Assembly (NCBI RefSeq): GCF_009834535.1
Contig: NC_045697.1
Span: forward strand, 106,766,001-106,830,000
Length of the DNA: 64,000 nt
Source of the DNA: Camelus ferus
Lineage: Eukaryota
Reading direction: 5' to 3'
Shown: one piece after another, positions 63,076-64,000 of the stretch
Layout of the letters: each line of letters starts with the position of its first letter
Position numbering within the stretch: position 1 is the first letter of the stretch
The notes under the pieces: generated by a model
Databases searched by the model: none
What the model was told of the DNA's origin: nothing
What the model saw: the letters and a program-made list of their open reading frames with translations, nothing else
Program-made: the position numbers and the translations under genes

Positions 63076-64000
63076 TGTTAGGTTTGGGGTTCAGCGTGAT
63101 CCCCATTTAACACAGCTAAACTTGGGAAGGAAGAAACGCTTCAGGAGTTGATGATAATGATAAAAAAATATATGATTTTTAAAAACTGAAATCGGGCTCA
63201 GGATTTCAAAGTATACTACAGGGAGGGCTAAGTGCCTGGAGACAGAGAGGTTGGAGATTCAGAGAGCAGTCCAAAGCGTAAGGAACTGTACACCTCAGCC
63301 CTTCTGGAAGCTGTGTTACTTGAAAGAAAGGGATAAAAATATGAATGATCATCTAAGGAAAAATCAACAGGTCTTAGAGACCAATGACTTTAACAATGAA
63401 GAAAAGAGAAAACACAACACTAATTCTTTTCTTTTGAACTTGCATTTGTTTAGAGAGCAGAAAAGCAATGACTGGACAAACAGGTCTCCACGAGGGAGAA
63501 CTGGCTTGGCAGGAGAAAGACAGTACATTTTATGTCAGATGTAGAGTCTGAAGTGATACTGAGAGCCATCTATCCAGGCCAAGACGTCCCATGTGCAGAA
63601 GAAAGCCCCAGTCTGGCTCTGAGATGAAACATCAGAGGTGCTGACTTGGGTGTCACTCATACAAGAGAAACTGAAGTCAATGGTTTTTGATCTTTCCCTC
63701 TCATTGTGCATATGTGTGTATTTTTAAGCAGCAGAAATGACTTCCTTTTTCAAATGAAATTTTACGTGAAACCCCAATACAAAAAACAGTAATAAAAAGA
63801 CAGAGGAGGGGGTGTGGGGGGTGAAAAGGGTATAGGGTGATGTGGAAGCCACAGATGAGAGTTCCCAAGACACAATGGTCAGTAACACCAACCACCATAG
63901 AGAAACTAAGAATAATGCCATTATCCCACAAGGTGGGACTCAGGCAGAGCCTTCTAGAGAGGGACAGGACTAGAAGACTGAAGCTGAGGGCGACTAATCT

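Noticed and set aside
1..64000. MAB21L2 nested gene, or any prokaryote-style system (CRISPR, defence operon, retron)
   Set aside because: No MAB21-like ORF of about 360 aa is present, and MAB21L2 is expected in a more 5' LRBA intron beyond the right edge. The DNA is intron-rich mammalian sequence with no operons or repeat-spacer arrays.

Overview
Mammalian genomic DNA, probably a camelid judging by three copies of a camelid-type tRNA-derived SINE. It is not prokaryotic, and most entries in the ORF track are noise. The window holds the convergent 3' ends of two known genes. DCLK2 (+ strand) contributes its penultimate coding exon (993-1109), a CpG-island last exon (5937-6125) and a polyA signal at 7117. 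LRBA (- strand) contributes its last nine coding exons (60287 down to 12856: end of the BEACH domain, linker and WD40 repeats) and a polyA signal at 11854. All exon phases join into continuous reading frames. The introns contain L1 fragments, a solo LTR, hAT-Charlie remnants, MIR/L2 and several segments that look like conserved non-coding elements. I found no new biological system in the sense of a novel gene cluster. The most interesting signals are splice-level switches. DCLK2 has a 13-nt frameshifting microexon with neural-microexon-type flanks that would replace its C-tail, and a second candidate acceptor giving FDLTV*. LRBA has an intron read-through that would remove the WD40 domain (GLSLPSLFAIH*), a tandem 15-nt acceptor (YLLLQ) and a candidate 87-nt in-frame cassette exon. 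Gene identities and comparisons with human or rodent isoforms come from my memory of the protein sequences, not from a database search. Repeat boundaries are approximate.
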